In this document: positions 41,149 through 51,260 of the stretch, piece after piece
Position numbering within the stretch: position 1 is the first letter of the stretch
How the letters are laid out: every line of letters begins with the position of its first letter
Assembly: GCA_963769935.1 (NCBI GenBank)
Contig: CAVYNY010000013.1
Span: forward strand, 585,822 to 649,821
DNA length: 64,000 bases
Direction: 5' to 3'
Source of the DNA: an uncultured delta proteobacterium
Lineage (GTDB): Bacteria > Desulfobacterota > Desulfobacteria > Desulfobacterales > JAFDCJ01
Program-made: the position numbers and the translations under genes
Notes under the pieces: model-generated
The model's input: the letters and a program-made list of their open reading frames with translations, nothing else
What the model was told of the DNA's origin: nothing
Database searches by the model: none

Positions 41149-41949
41149 ATGGAATGGACGCCGGAAGCAGATGATGCCGTAAAAAAAGTGCCTTTTTTTG
41201 TGCGCAAGCGCGTCAGGGAACGGGTTGAAAAGGAGGCCCGTGAGGCCGGTAAAGCGGTGGTCTCACTGGCCGATGTCAAGGCCACCCAGGCGCGTTATCT
41301 GAAGGGTATGGGTTCGGAAGTTAAAGGCTATCAGGTTGAGACTTGTTTTGGACCCGGCGGATGTCCCAACCGGGCGGTCCCCAGTGATCATCTGCTGGAG
41401 CAAATTGAAAGTCTTATCGCCAAAGAAGATATCCGCGGGTTTCTCAAAGACCGTGTAAAAGGAGAGCTGAAGTTTCATCACGAATTCCGGCTGACGCTGG
41501 CCGACTGCCCCAACGCCTGCTCCCAGCCCCAGATTAGAGATATCGGCATCATCGGTGCCTGCTCGCCGGAATTAACCGCCGAACCCTGCTCCCGGTGTGA
41601 AACCTGCGTTGAGGCCTGCCGGGAAGATGCGATCAGCCTGGACAGTGAAGCCGAATGTCCACAAATCGATTACACCCGATGTCTGAACTGCGGCAAATGC
41701 ATGCAGGTTTGTCCCACCGGAACGATTGCTGAAGGCACCAAAGGTTTCAGGGTGCAGCTGGGGGGCAAGCTGGGCCGCCATCCCCAGCTGGCGCGGGAAC
41801 TGCCGGGTATTTACAGCGAGCAAACGGTAGTCGAAATCGTGAGAGACTGCATTCGACTCTACAAACAACGCAGCCGGCTCGGAGAACGTTTCGGTCAAAT
41901 TCTGACCTCTGCCGATTTTGCCGAACTCGCCGAACGATTCCGCAGTTGA
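41149..41949 (+). CDS. small nitrite/sulfite reductase-like Fe-S protein with N-terminal PCP-reductase-like domain
   Basis: WTPEA...VPFFVRKRVR; C-X5-C...CPNAC siroheme/[4Fe-4S] motif; two CxxCxxCxxxC motifs; GGKLGRHP. Confidence 0.8.
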   Translation: MEWTPEADDAVKKVPFFVRKRVRERVEKEAREAGKAVVSLADVKATQARYLKGMGSEVKGYQVETCFGPGGCPNRAVPSDHLLEQIESLIAKEDIRGFLKDRVKGELKFHHEFRLTLADCPNACSQPQIRDIGIIGACSPELTAEPCSRCETCVEACREDAISLDSEAECPQIDYTRCLNCGKCMQVCPTGTIAEGTKGFRVQLGGKLGRHPQLARELPGIYSEQTVVEIVRDCIRLYKQRSRLGERFGQILTSADFAELAERFRS

Positions 41950-42321
41950 TACGGAATTTCCTTGAATTTGACAGATTGATTTTCGATACTAATTATTAGG
42001 TGTATCTCGTGTGAAACTACATTTAGTTTCTTCCACGATCAGACTGGACGCTCGCGGCCAGAGGCGGCGCTTATATGAAACTTATAAGATCCGATACTAT
42101 TTTTACGAAGGGTCTTACCGCTGAGCGCGTAGAGAGTGCGGAGATTAATTAAACTTTTCTTTCCCGGCGTTCTCCCACCGGGGCGTAGGCCCTATGGGCC
42201 GGAGGCTGCGAGTTCAGCGGTGAACTACTGTGTTTCCTTTTCGATCGGATCGGCCGCTTTTCAGGCCGGCGGCTGGACTGAAACAGAAAACGGTATTTCA
42301 CAACCAGAAAGGAAGGTAACT

Positions 42322-42525
42322 ATGGCAAAAGAAACCTTGTCAATTCCAAATATTTCCTGCGGCCATTGTGTCATGGCCATCAAAAATGAATTGAAGGAAA
42401 TGAAAGGTGTTAAATCGGTGGAAGGCAGCAGCGAGTCCAAGACCGTTGACATCGAATGGGATGCGCCGGCCACCCTGGAAAAGATCAAATCAACGCTGAA
42501 AGAAATCAATTACCCGCCGGCCTAG
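42322..42525 (+). CDS. copZ: copper chaperone (HMA domain)
   Basis: ISCGHC motif; directly upstream of CopA. Confidence 0.88.
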   Translation: MAKETLSIPNISCGHCVMAIKNELKEMKGVKSVEGSSESKTVDIEWDAPATLEKIKSTLKEINYPPA

Positions 42526-42577
42526 CCGGCCTAGTTCCGAACTTTGAGAAATCGTACGATTTCAGCTGATTTTAACG

Positions 42578-45043
42578 ATGGCAGAGCAAAAATTTACATT
42601 GCCGATAACCGGCATGACCTGCGCCAATTGCGCCGCCAACATAGAACGGGCGGTCAAGAAACTTGATGGCGTGGCGGATGCCAGCGTCAATTTCGCCGCC
42701 GAAAATGCAGCGGTCTCCCTTGACCCGCACGAGGTGCAGCTGCAGGACGTGGTGGAAAAAATCACTAAATCCGGTTACGGGGTCACGACCGCCAAAATCG
42801 AAATGCCGGTCACCGGTATGACCTGCGCCAATTGCGCCGCCAATATCGAACGGACCTTGAACAAGAAAGTCTCCGGGGTGCTGAACGCCGCGGTGAACTT
42901 TGCCTCGGAGCGGGTGTTGGTGGAGTATATCCCCGGTATCGTCGATGTCGAAGACATCGTCGGCGCCATTGAAAAAGCCGGTTACGGTGCCATTCCCCCC
43001 GAGGAAGGCCAGGACGCAGAAGACGTCGAACAAAAGGCGCGTGCGGCCGAAATCAAAAACCAAACCCGCAAGTTCGCGGTGGGGGTTTTGTTTGCCCTGC
43101 CGCTTTTTGTTTTCAGCATGGGCCGTGATTTCGGTCTCATCGGGCCCTGGAGCCATGCCGCCTGGGTCAACTGGTTTTTCTGGGCCTTGGCCACACCGGT
43201 CCAATTTTACACCGGTTGGGACTACTATGAGGGTGGTCTGAAAAGTCTTAAAAGCAAAAGTGCCAATATGGATGTGCTGGTGGCCATGGGGTCGTCGGTG
43301 GCCTATTTTTATTCTGTGGCTGTTTTGCTCTTGCCTTTCCTGGGCGACCAACAAGTCTTGGGCGACCACGTTTATTTTGAAACTTCGGCGGTCATCATCA
43401 CCCTGATCAAACTGGGCAAGATGCTCGAATCCCGCACCAAAGGCCGCACGGGCGGCGCCATCCGCAAGCTGATCGGTTTGCGACCCAAAACGGCTACTAT
43501 CCTGCAAGACAACAGCGAAATAGAAATTCCGCTTACCCGGGTCAAGGTCGGTGACACGGTGATCGTACGCCCGGGTGAACGGATACCGGTGGACGGCATC
43601 GTGCTCGACGGCCGGTCGGCCGTCGATGAATCCATGCTCAGCGGGGAGCCGCTGCCGGTGGATAAACAGACCGGGGATATGGTGGTCGGCGGTACGATCA
43701 ACGGCCAGGGTCTTTTGCGATTCAGTGCGACCCGGGTCGGCAAGGAAACCGCCCTGGCCCAGATTATCAAACTGGTTCAGGAAGCGCAGGGCAGCAAAGC
43801 GCCCATCCAGGCGCTGGCCGATAAAGTTGCGGCCGTATTTGTGCCGGGCATCATCGCCATTGCATTTGCGGTCTTTATTCTATGGTGGACCCTCACCGGT
43901 GATTTTGTTCCCGCCATGATCCGGCTGGTGGCGGTTCTGGTCATCGCCTGTCCCTGTGCCCTGGGGCTGGCCACCCCGACGGCCATTATGGCCGGCACCG
44001 GCAAGGGAGCTGAAAAAGGCATCCTGTTTAAAAGCAGCCAAGCCCTGGAAACTGCGACCAAACTCAATACGATTGTGCTGGATAAAACCGGCACCATCAC
44101 CATGGGCAAACCAATGGTGGTGGACGTCATACCTGTCAAACCCCAGTGCGAAACCGCAGAGGCGCTTTTGAGATTGGCGGCTTCGGTTGAAAAAGGCTCC
44201 GAGCATCCGCTGGGCAAGGCCATTGTAAACGAGGCCAAAACCCGCAAGCTCGATCTTCTGGAAATACGGGATTTCACGGCGGCCGGCGGCTCCGGTGTCC
44301 AGGCCGGCGTGGCGGGCAAGACGGTGATGGTCGGAAAGCCGAAATGGTTTCAGGAATTGGGCACCGATCTCAGCACCGCCGCAGAACAGATCGAAACCCT
44401 CCAATCGGAGGGCAAAACCGTGATGGTGGTAGTAAAAGAAGATGCGCTGTACGGCCTGATATCCGTGTCCGACACGCTGAAACCGGAATCCAGGGACGCC
44501 ATCCGGCAGCTCCACAAACAGCATCTTAAAGTTGTCATGCTGACCGGCGACAATCAGCAAACCGCTCAGAGCATCGCCTCCCAGGTCAATATTGATGAAG
44601 TTCTGGCTGAAGTGCGCCCGGAAGAAAAATCATCCAAAGTCAAAGAGCTGCAGCAAAATGGAGAGTTGGTCGGCATGGTCGGCGACGGCATCAATGATGC
44701 CCCGGCTCTGGCCCAGGCCGATGTAGGGCTGGCCATAGGTACCGGCACCGATGTGGCTATCGAAACCGCCGGCGTCATTCTTGCCAGCGGCAGCTTGATC
44801 GGGGTGCCCCGCGCCATCCAGCTCAGCCGCGCTACCATGCGGACGATCAAACAGAATCTTTTCTGGGCCTTTGGCTACAATGTCATTCTGATTCCGATTG
44901 CCGCCGGAATCCTTTACCCCTTTGAATCCCTGCCGATTATGCTGCGGCAGCTTCATCCCATCCTGGCCGCCCTGGCCATGGCCTTCAGCAGTATTTCCGT
45001 TGTGAGCAACAGCCTGCGACTGTACAGAACCAAGATCAAGTAG
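42578..45043 (+). CDS. copA: copper-translocating P1B-type ATPase
   Basis: Two GMTCANC domains, [25 protein letters not shown]...AMAFSS. Confidence 0.96.
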   Translation: MAEQKFTLPITGMTCANCAANIERAVKKLDGVADASVNFAAENAAVSLDPHEVQLQDVVEKITKSGYGVTTAKIEMPVTGMTCANCAANIERTLNKKVSGVLNAAVNFASERVLVEYIPGIVDVEDIVGAIEKAGYGAIPPEEGQDAEDVEQKARAAEIKNQTRKFAVGVLFALPLFVFSMGRDFGLIGPWSHAAWVNWFFWALATPVQFYTGWDYYEGGLKSLKSKSANMDVLVAMGSSVAYFYSVAVLLLPFLGDQQVLGDHVYFETSAVIITLIKLGKMLESRTKGRTGGAIRKLIGLRPKTATILQDNSEIEIPLTRVKVGDTVIVRPGERIPVDGIVLDGRSAVDESMLSGEPLPVDKQTGDMVVGGTINGQGLLRFSATRVGKETALAQIIKLVQEAQGSKAPIQALADKVAAVFVPGIIAIAFAVFILWWTLTGDFVPAMIRLVAVLVIACPCALGLATPTAIMAGTGKGAEKGILFKSSQALETATKLNTIVLDKTGTITMGKPMVVDVIPVKPQCETAEALLRLAASVEKGSEHPLGKAIVNEAKTRKLDLLEIRDFTAAGGSGVQAGVAGKTVMVGKPKWFQELGTDLSTAAEQIETLQSEGKTVMVVVKEDALYGLISVSDTLKPESRDAIRQLHKQHLKVVMLTGDNQQTAQSIASQVNIDEVLAEVRPEEKSSKVKELQQNGELVGMVGDGINDAPALAQADVGLAIGTGTDVAIETAGVILASGSLIGVPRAIQLSRATMRTIKQNLFWAFGYNVILIPIAAGILYPFESLPIMLRQLHPILAALAMAFSSISVVSNSLRLYRTKIK

Positions 45044-45123
45044 AGAATCCTGGCCCAGACGGCCAGGCACTCAATGTTGAAATAAAGTATTGCCAGCTCC
45101 AAGAACCTGCCGGACTTCTCTTT

Positions 45124-45699
45124 TTGGGTTTTTGTGATAAAAATGTCACGCTCGCGCCCTCCCTGGAATACTGGCGGGATTTCGCAGAACTGTTTACCCG
45201 GGCATTAAGCCGGACGCCTGAACTTGAGCTCTTGCGACATAAAGCGCACATCGCCGTTGACAAACATCAGCTCGCCCATTTTGCAAACTGTGCCCCGTTA
45301 ATGCCGGGATCTGAATATATCAGCACAGAACTGTTAAAAGCGGTTTGGTCAAAATTAAATGCGGCATTTTCCCAAGCAATAAAAACCTATAACGGTACCG
45401 TTGCAGAATTTATCCGGACCTATAGTCCGGAAGTACATCTGGTGGCCCGGGTATTTTTTCATCTGGCTGAAATTAAAGATGAAAACTATCCCTTTGCGTT
45501 TCTGGCCACCTATTCCACCCGATTGAACCAACAGGGAAAATCAAAACACCTGCCCCTCAAATACGCCTTAAGAGAATATGAATCCGACAGGGACAAATTG
45601 CTGGAAAGGAACCTAAATAAAGAACGAATCAATTTTAGATTGATGAGCCGCCGGAAAAGTATCCGGAAGGGGATGAATATTAATGCACCTTTTGTGTAA
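45124..45699 (+). pseudogene. N-terminal fragment of an SNF2-type helicase
   Basis: FFHLAE...PFAFLATYST...KHLPLKYALREY resembles, from recall, SNF2 N-termini; no helicase core and no clear start. Confidence 0.6.
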
Positions 45700-45958
45700 C
45701 CTTTAAATACCTATCGGCTCTCTACAGGCAATTCTCGGCGCGTCTTTTTAAATATTGCGAAAATTTCTAACTTATCAGTAAGTTAAATGAGGCAATCGAT
45801 TTTCATACGATCAATATTTTTCGCCTCAATTCATAATCTTTTTAAATCTGTGCCATATTGGATTTGTCATGGCATTTTTGTTTGTCAATCTGTGTTGTCC
45901 GGCCTCTAAAAAAAAGTGGACAACGGCTCGATTAATGCGTAAATAAAGGAAAAAGCCA

Positions 45959-46117
45959 ATGAAAGAAATTATTATCATGATGGCAATAGCGGGCATCTGG
46001 TTTTTGCTCCAGGCTTACATATTGCCGAAACTCGGAGTATCCACCTGACTGAAAGAATCTTGTCAGGTGACAAGCAAAAATGACCACCGCAAAGAATCCG
46101 AATCACGGGATAGTTAA
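45959..46117 (+). CDS. putative 52-aa membrane selenoprotein (Sec30)
   Basis: RBS AAGGA; MKEIIIMMAIAGIWFLLQAYILPKLGVST-U-LKESCQVTSKNDHRKESESRDS; in-frame TGA at 46046-46048 followed by a SECIS-like hairpin. Confidence 0.75.
46059..46074 (+). promoter_or_regulatory. bacterial SECIS-like hairpin
   Basis: CTTGTC-AGGT-GACAAG, 10 nt after the UGA; AGGU loop as in the E. coli fdhF SECIS. Confidence 0.72.
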
Positions 46118-46700
46118 AGATAATGATTTTGGTCTGATCCAGGCCATAAACTCCGGCCAGGTTGATAAGTTTAATGAACTCGTTAAGCGGTATGAACAGA
46201 GGCTTTACAACTTCAGCTTGCGGATGTGCGGCGATCACAGCGATGCCGAGGACATGGTCCAGGATACATTTCTAAATGTCTTCAAATACTTAAAAGATTT
46301 CCGCTATGAAACTAAATTTAAAAACTGGCTCTACAAAGTCGCGGCCAGCACCTGCATTAAAAAAAGGCGCAGATCTAAATTCGCACCGGAAAAGGAACTG
46401 TCTTTAGATGAATTCCGGCCGGGTGAAAAAGTCGAAGCTGTCGAAAAGGTGCCGGAGTGGGCGTTAATGCCTCTGGATAAGCTGCTCAATGAAGAGCTTT
46501 CCAGTGTCGTCCACCGGTCAATTTTATCCGTTCCTAAAAAATATCGTATGGTGATCGTTTTGCGGGATATTGAAGGCTTCAGCACGGCCGAAACCGCTCA
46601 AATTCTTAATCTGTCACCGGCGAATGTAAAAGTGAGGCTCCACCGGGCACGGCTTTATTTAAGGGATAAACTGAAAGGATATTTCGAAAATGAGCAATGA
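46080..46700 (+). CDS. ECF RNA polymerase sigma factor
   Basis: DAEDMVQDTFL, FKNWLYKVA, LRDIEGFS..E.A..L.LS..NVKVRLHRAR. Confidence 0.94.
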   Translation: MTTAKNPNHGIVKDNDFGLIQAINSGQVDKFNELVKRYEQRLYNFSLRMCGDHSDAEDMVQDTFLNVFKYLKDFRYETKFKNWLYKVAASTCIKKRRRSKFAPEKELSLDEFRPGEKVEAVEKVPEWALMPLDKLLNEELSSVVHRSILSVPKKYRMVIVLRDIEGFSTAETAQILNLSPANVKVRLHRARLYLRDKLKGYFENEQ

Positions 46701-46953
46701 CGACCATGATCGTAAACATTGCCTGGCGATGTTTGAAAAACTCTCTGAATACATCGACGGCGAACTGGATCATGCCACCTGTGAAAAAATTAAAAAACAC
46801 GCTGAGGAATGTGTCGCCTGCTTTTCCTGCCTTGAAACTCTGAAAAGAACCGTAGCCCTGTGCAAAAATGTCGCTGAAAAACCGATCCCGCTGGAACTAT
46901 CCAGAAAGCTGCAAGCAATAATCCAGCGTATGCCGAAGGCTACCACGTTGTAG
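46690..46953 (+). CDS. soluble zinc-binding anti-sigma factor (zf-HC2/ZAS)
   Basis: C...LSEYIDGEL...HAEECVAC motif; overlaps the sigma stop. Confidence 0.9.
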   Translation: MSNDDHDRKHCLAMFEKLSEYIDGELDHATCEKIKKHAEECVACFSCLETLKRTVALCKNVAEKPIPLELSRKLQAIIQRMPKATTL

Positions 46954-47493
46954 GCGCTTAGAAGCTCCCATCTAACAACAGGTTGTATAATACGACTTGA
47001 GGTGTAACGTAACCCCAGTCGCCGACCGCAGAGCGCCAAGTTTGGTCGGGTTGGAAGCGATGCGAAGATACCAATGGCCTTTATGGAGTTTTAAACGAGC
47101 CTTCCGTTTGCATGAGTCACAGCCAGCAAGATATAAATTCCAAATTACAAGCACCAAATAACAAATAAATCCCAAATTACAATAATCAATGACCAAAACC
47201 CGCCAAACCAAGAAAATTTAGCTCTGGTTTTTTCGTATTTTACAACTTTCGCGCTTTCGTGATAGTAGATCGCCCATTTATCGAATTCGATCACCAAAAC
47301 AGATTGAGTCCGGTTTGGAATTTTGTATTTTGGTCATTGGAATTTATTTGTGATTTGGAATTTGTGATTTTGATTTGCGCCAGCACCAGGGAGAGATCTG
47401 TTTTATATTTTCTGCCTCCTGAGATTTGACATGACATCCGCTTGGTTTTTCTAGAGTTTCATCTCAGGTGTCATCACCGGCGCCGTTTCAAAC

Positions 47494-48255
47494 TCACCCG
47501 TGCAGCTCAACCGAAATTTTCCCCGCCTCCTCCCTGGTCAGTGACAGATGATACCCCCGCACTTTCACGTCAACCTTGTCATTGCAAGGCGCCAGGGACT
47601 CGACTTCGATAATACTCCCGGATGAAACGCCCATATCGTTTAATTGCTTACCGATTGCGCTGCGGCCGGTGATCTTGATGATCTTTCCCCTTTGCCCGGG
47701 ATCCATGTCGTTTAAGGACACCGCCGCTTGCGATCCATTGCGCATATGTTGTTCTCTCTTTTTCAAATCTGCCAGGCAGGTAGAAATGTAGTTTGTACAT
47801 TTAAGCGCGGTATCGCCATTTTCGCAATGGCGCCGAAACCCTTTCAACCATTCTTGGCCGCCCCGAGGACAGATTTCCATGAACTCCACGAAGTTTATAA
47901 GCCGGTTGAGTATCTTTTCAGATATGGCATGTTCAATTTTACAAGAAGCCTCTTCGGCCTCCGCGTCATCCAGCAGGAGGATTTTGACGAAGAAGTCCTT
48001 GAGCGTCTCGTGCCGCCGGACAACGTCAACCGCCACCGCCTGTCCCTCGGCGGTAAGGCTAATGATGTCGTAGGGGGCATAGTTCACATAACCCTTTTCC
48101 GAAAGGGTGCGCAGCGCACCTGTTACCGACGACTTGTTGACATTCAGCCGTTCGGCAATGTCCTTGGCCCGGGCGGCCTTCTTTTCAGCGGAGATGTGAA
48201 ATATTGCCTCCAGATAGTCTTCCATGTTCGAACTGAGTGCTTCCCTGGCTGCCAT
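47494..48255 (-). CDS. DtxR/MntR family metal-dependent repressor with C-terminal FeoA domain
   Basis: MEDYLEAI, VVRRHE, ACKIEH; SH3-like FeoA domain. Confidence 0.93.
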   Translation of the reverse strand: MAAREALSSNMEDYLEAIFHISAEKKAARAKDIAERLNVNKSSVTGALRTLSEKGYVNYAPYDIISLTAEGQAVAVDVVRRHETLKDFFVKILLLDDAEAEEASCKIEHAISEKILNRLINFVEFMEICPRGGQEWLKGFRRHCENGDTALKCTNYISTCLADLKKREQHMRNGSQAAVSLNDMDPGQRGKIIKITGRSAIGKQLNDMGVSSGSIIEVESLAPCNDKVDVKVRGYHLSLTREEAGKISVELHG

Positions 48256-48359
48256 ACGATTAACCCTTTAATTGATTGATCATTGTACAAATTAGCCGCT
48301 TCGCCCCAATTGTGGAATGAGGCAGAAACGCATGTCTCAAAAACGACCCAATGCTCACA

Positions 48360-48554
48360 TTAAGATGCAGGCTTTTCGAAATGTTTAATATGCTTTTGTC
48401 TCTCTTGCGGAAATTCACAAGCGGAAGCATCTACCGGACAAGAAGTGCAGCCGCAACCGCACTGATTGCCTTTTTTGTATTTTTTATAGTAGCTGCGCCC
48501 TAAAAAAGCAGCCGCCATACCGACAATGATTACCACAACTATAGTTTCCATCAT
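48360..48554 (-). CDS. FeoB-associated Cys-rich membrane protein
   Basis: TM helix followed by CGCGCTSC; downstream of feoB. Confidence 0.85.
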   Translation of the reverse strand: MMETIVVVIIVGMAAAFLGRSYYKKYKKGNQCGCGCTSCPVDASACEFPQERQKHIKHFEKPAS

Positions 48555-48665
48555 TATTTCAACATCCTTGGAGTTTTTAAATCAGCCTGAAATTGAATTT
48601 CTAATCCTGACAAAAACACAATTCCTAAACCAATCCAGCACGATAACTCAACAAACGCTATAAAC

Positions 48666-50891
48666 TCAATTAACACCGACGCCCAGAACCGAACCAACCT
48701 GATAAATCGAAACTGCCAGAACAAAAGCCAGCAGCGTGTTAAAAACAATTGCAAAAGCCCCCCATTTCCAGGACCCGGACTCCCTTGAAATACAAACCAC
48801 CGACACGAAACAAGGGGAATAGAACATGGTAAATACAATTAAACTCAAAGCCACCAGCGGCGACCAGGCTGGATCTTTAGCCAGCGCCGCGGACAGGACC
48901 CCGCTTTCCTGTGGATCAACTTCCCCCATGGAATAGGCCGTGCCCAGGGTGGAGACCACCACTTCCTTGGCGGCGAATCCGCCCACCAGGGCGATATTGG
49001 TGCGCCAGTCGAATCCGGCCCAGCGGGAAACGTATTCCAGCGCTCTTCCAATGCGGCCGGCTATCGAATATCTCAAAGCGGTTTCGGCTTCCCGGTATTT
49101 AATACCGTTCAGCTGCCTTTTTAAAGTTACCGCTGCCCCGGATAGCTCGGTTGCGGCCCCGTTGTTTTCCAGCTCACGGACGGTTGCAGCCGGTGCGGTA
49201 TTCAGCAGGGCCTGACGCTGGGTCTCGAACTGCTGTACTTTGGAATCCGGCAGTCCGGGAAAGGTCATCATGGCCCACAAAATGATCGAAAATCCCAATA
49301 TGACCGTGCCGGCTTTTCTGACATATTGCCGGGTCCGCTCCCAGGTATGGATCGCCAACCCCTTGAATGTCGGCATTCGGTAGGGCGGCAGTTCCATCAC
49401 AAAAGGGGTGGCCGCACCTTTTATCACCGTAACCCGCAGCAGTTTGGCCACCAGCAGGGCGCCGGCCCATGCGCCCAGGGTAATCACAAACATGATCAGC
49501 GCCTCATGCCTGGCAAAAAATGCGGCGATCAAAAGGGCAAATACCGGCAATTTGGCCCCGCAATTCATAAACGGTACGGTGAGCAGGGTCGCCAGCCGCT
49601 CCCGCGGTGATTTTAAGGTCCGGGTGGCCATAACACCGGGTACGGCACATCCCCCGGCAATGCCCCCGGACACGATAAAGGCCATCACCGAGCTGCCGTG
49701 CAGTCCAAATATTCGAAACACTCTGTCCAACATAAACGCCACCCGGGCCAGGTAGCCGGAATCCTCCAAAAAGGCAATGCCGAAGAACATAAACATAATC
49801 AGCGGAACAAAACCCAGAACCCCGCCCACGCCGTCGATAATGCCCGACACAATCAGAGACTTGAGAAGGCCGTCCGGTAAAATTGCGCCGACCCCGGCCC
49901 CGATCCAGCCGAAAATGGTCTCCAGCCATCCCACCGGCACTGCGCTGTAAGTGAAAACCACCTGATAGAGGCCGGCAATAATAGCCAGCATAATAAGGGG
50001 GCCGAGAAACCGGTTGGTTAAAACTTTGTCGATCCGATCCGAGCTGTATAAGCGGTTCGGATCATATTTTTGATAGATGACGCCCTGCTTCAGGATGGAC
50101 TTGATGTAGCCGTAGCGCTGGTCGGCAATCATGGCCTCCGGGTAAGTATCCAGCGTCTCCAGCAGGTGATGAGACACTTTTTTTACCGTTGCCTGCAGTC
50201 TGGCAGCCAATTCCGGATTTGCCGACCGGCCCTTCTCCAGGATCTGCTCATCATTTTCCATGTATTTTAACGCGATCCAGCGTACCGGATAGGTGGCGGT
50301 AAGAAAGTTTTCGGCTTCGATCTCCTTTTCCATTTCGATCAGAGCGCGGTCCACGTCGTCGCCATAGGAAATCTTGAGAGGAACAAATTCCTTATTTTCC
50401 TGCACGATCCGGGCGGCGCTCTCCATCAATTCCTTTTTCCCCTGGCCGGAGCGCGCGATGGTAGGCACTACCGGCACGCCTAAAAGAGTGGATAATTTGC
50501 GGGCATTGATTTCGATACCCCGCTTGTGGGCCACATCGATCATGTTCAGGGCGATGCACACCGCAACGCCCATTTCAAGGAACTGCACGGCCAGGTAAAG
50601 ATTGCGCTCCAGATTGGACGCATCCACGATGTTGATGACGACTTCCGGTTTCCGGTTGACCAGAAAATCCCTGGCAACCACTTCCTCCAGGGAATAAGCC
50701 GTAAGCGAGTAGGTACCGGGCAGATCAACAATGTGCAGCTGAAAATCCTTATTCGTGTACAGGCCTTCTTTTTTCTCGACCGTCACCCCCGGATAGTTGC
50801 CGACATGCTGCCGGGCACCGGTCAATTCATTGAAAAGGGTGGTTTTGCCGGAGTTCGGATTACCGGCCAGAGCAACCGTTGCCTGCATCAT
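48666..50891 (-). CDS. feoB: ferrous iron transport protein B
   Basis: GNPNSGKT, NYPGVTVE, DLPGTYSL, NMID, LEDSGYLAR, PFVMELP. Confidence 0.97.
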   Translation of the reverse strand: MMQATVALAGNPNSGKTTLFNELTGARQHVGNYPGVTVEKKEGLYTNKDFQLHIVDLPGTYSLTAYSLEEVVARDFLVNRKPEVVINIVDASNLERNLYLAVQFLEMGVAVCIALNMIDVAHKRGIEINARKLSTLLGVPVVPTIARSGQGKKELMESAARIVQENKEFVPLKISYGDDVDRALIEMEKEIEAENFLTATYPVRWIALKYMENDEQILEKGRSANPELAARLQATVKKVSHHLLETLDTYPEAMIADQRYGYIKSILKQGVIYQKYDPNRLYSSDRIDKVLTNRFLGPLIMLAIIAGLYQVVFTYSAVPVGWLETIFGWIGAGVGAILPDGLLKSLIVSGIIDGVGGVLGFVPLIMFMFFGIAFLEDSGYLARVAFMLDRVFRIFGLHGSSVMAFIVSGGIAGGCAVPGVMATRTLKSPRERLATLLTVPFMNCGAKLPVFALLIAAFFARHEALIMFVITLGAWAGALLVAKLLRVTVIKGAATPFVMELPPYRMPTFKGLAIHTWERTRQYVRKAGTVILGFSIILWAMMTFPGLPDSKVQQFETQRQALLNTAPAATVRELENNGAATELSGAAVTLKRQLNGIKYREAETALRYSIAGRIGRALEYVSRWAGFDWRTNIALVGGFAAKEVVVSTLGTAYSMGEVDPQESGVLSAALAKDPAWSPLVALSLIVFTMFYSPCFVSVVCISRESGSWKWGAFAIVFNTLLAFVLAVSIYQVGSVLGVGVN

Positions 50892-51121
50892 TCGTCGACC
50901 TCCACTTCAATAAAATCGGCTTCATTATTTCTCAAAGTCAGGGTGGCCCCCCGAACTCTCAATGCCACCGGGTCGTAGAGCGGAGCCCGGCCCCGGATCC
51001 TGATTTCCGTTCCCGGAACCAGCCCCATGTCCCGGAGACGCCGGCCCAGGTCGCCGCCCACTTTTACCGCAGCAATCGTGCCGGCTTGATCATCGCTCAT
51101 ATTGCGCAGGTTTATCCGCAT
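50888..51121 (-). CDS. feoA: ferrous iron transport protein A
   Basis: RRLRDMGLVPG...APLYDPV...LTLR. Confidence 0.95.
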   Translation of the reverse strand: MRINLRNMSDDQAGTIAAVKVGGDLGRRLRDMGLVPGTEIRIRGRAPLYDPVALRVRGATLTLRNNEADFIEVEVDE

Positions 51122-51209
51122 TGCAGAATCTGCCTCCTTGCATTATTGCACCCCATATATTTCGATAGGTATCCGGGTTGCGACGTATTGTGTGTTTCAA
51201 CCAATAATG

Positions 51210-51239
51210 TTAGGTATATCAAACTTTATACGTTGTCAA
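51210..51239 (-). promoter_or_regulatory. feoAB promoter with DtxR/MntR-like operator
   Basis: -35 TTGACA (51234-51239, minus strand); imperfect palindrome TTAGGTATATCAAA (51210-51223) over the -10 region. Confidence 0.55.
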
Positions 51240-51260
51240 TAAAATAATTAGGAGAGGTTG

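Noticed and set aside
32683..44560. Long antisense ORFs (for example 32683..33543, 42572..43507, 43880..44560)
   Set aside because: They are opposite-strand shadows of well-supported genes with GC-rich codon usage and have no recognisable motifs.
45695..45725. ECF autoregulatory promoter TGTAACC...TCTCTA
   Set aside because: Plausible but only a loose match, about 240 nt upstream of the ORF; cannot be supported without a motif model.
46954..47105. attC site or ncRNA after the anti-sigma gene (ATCTAAC...)
   Set aside because: No matching R'/L' arm; only weak terminal inverted similarity suggesting a decayed repeat.
24509..47376. CRISPR array in the short-period repeats
   Set aside because: Units are 7-10 nt, degenerate and lack unique spacers; no cas genes are present.
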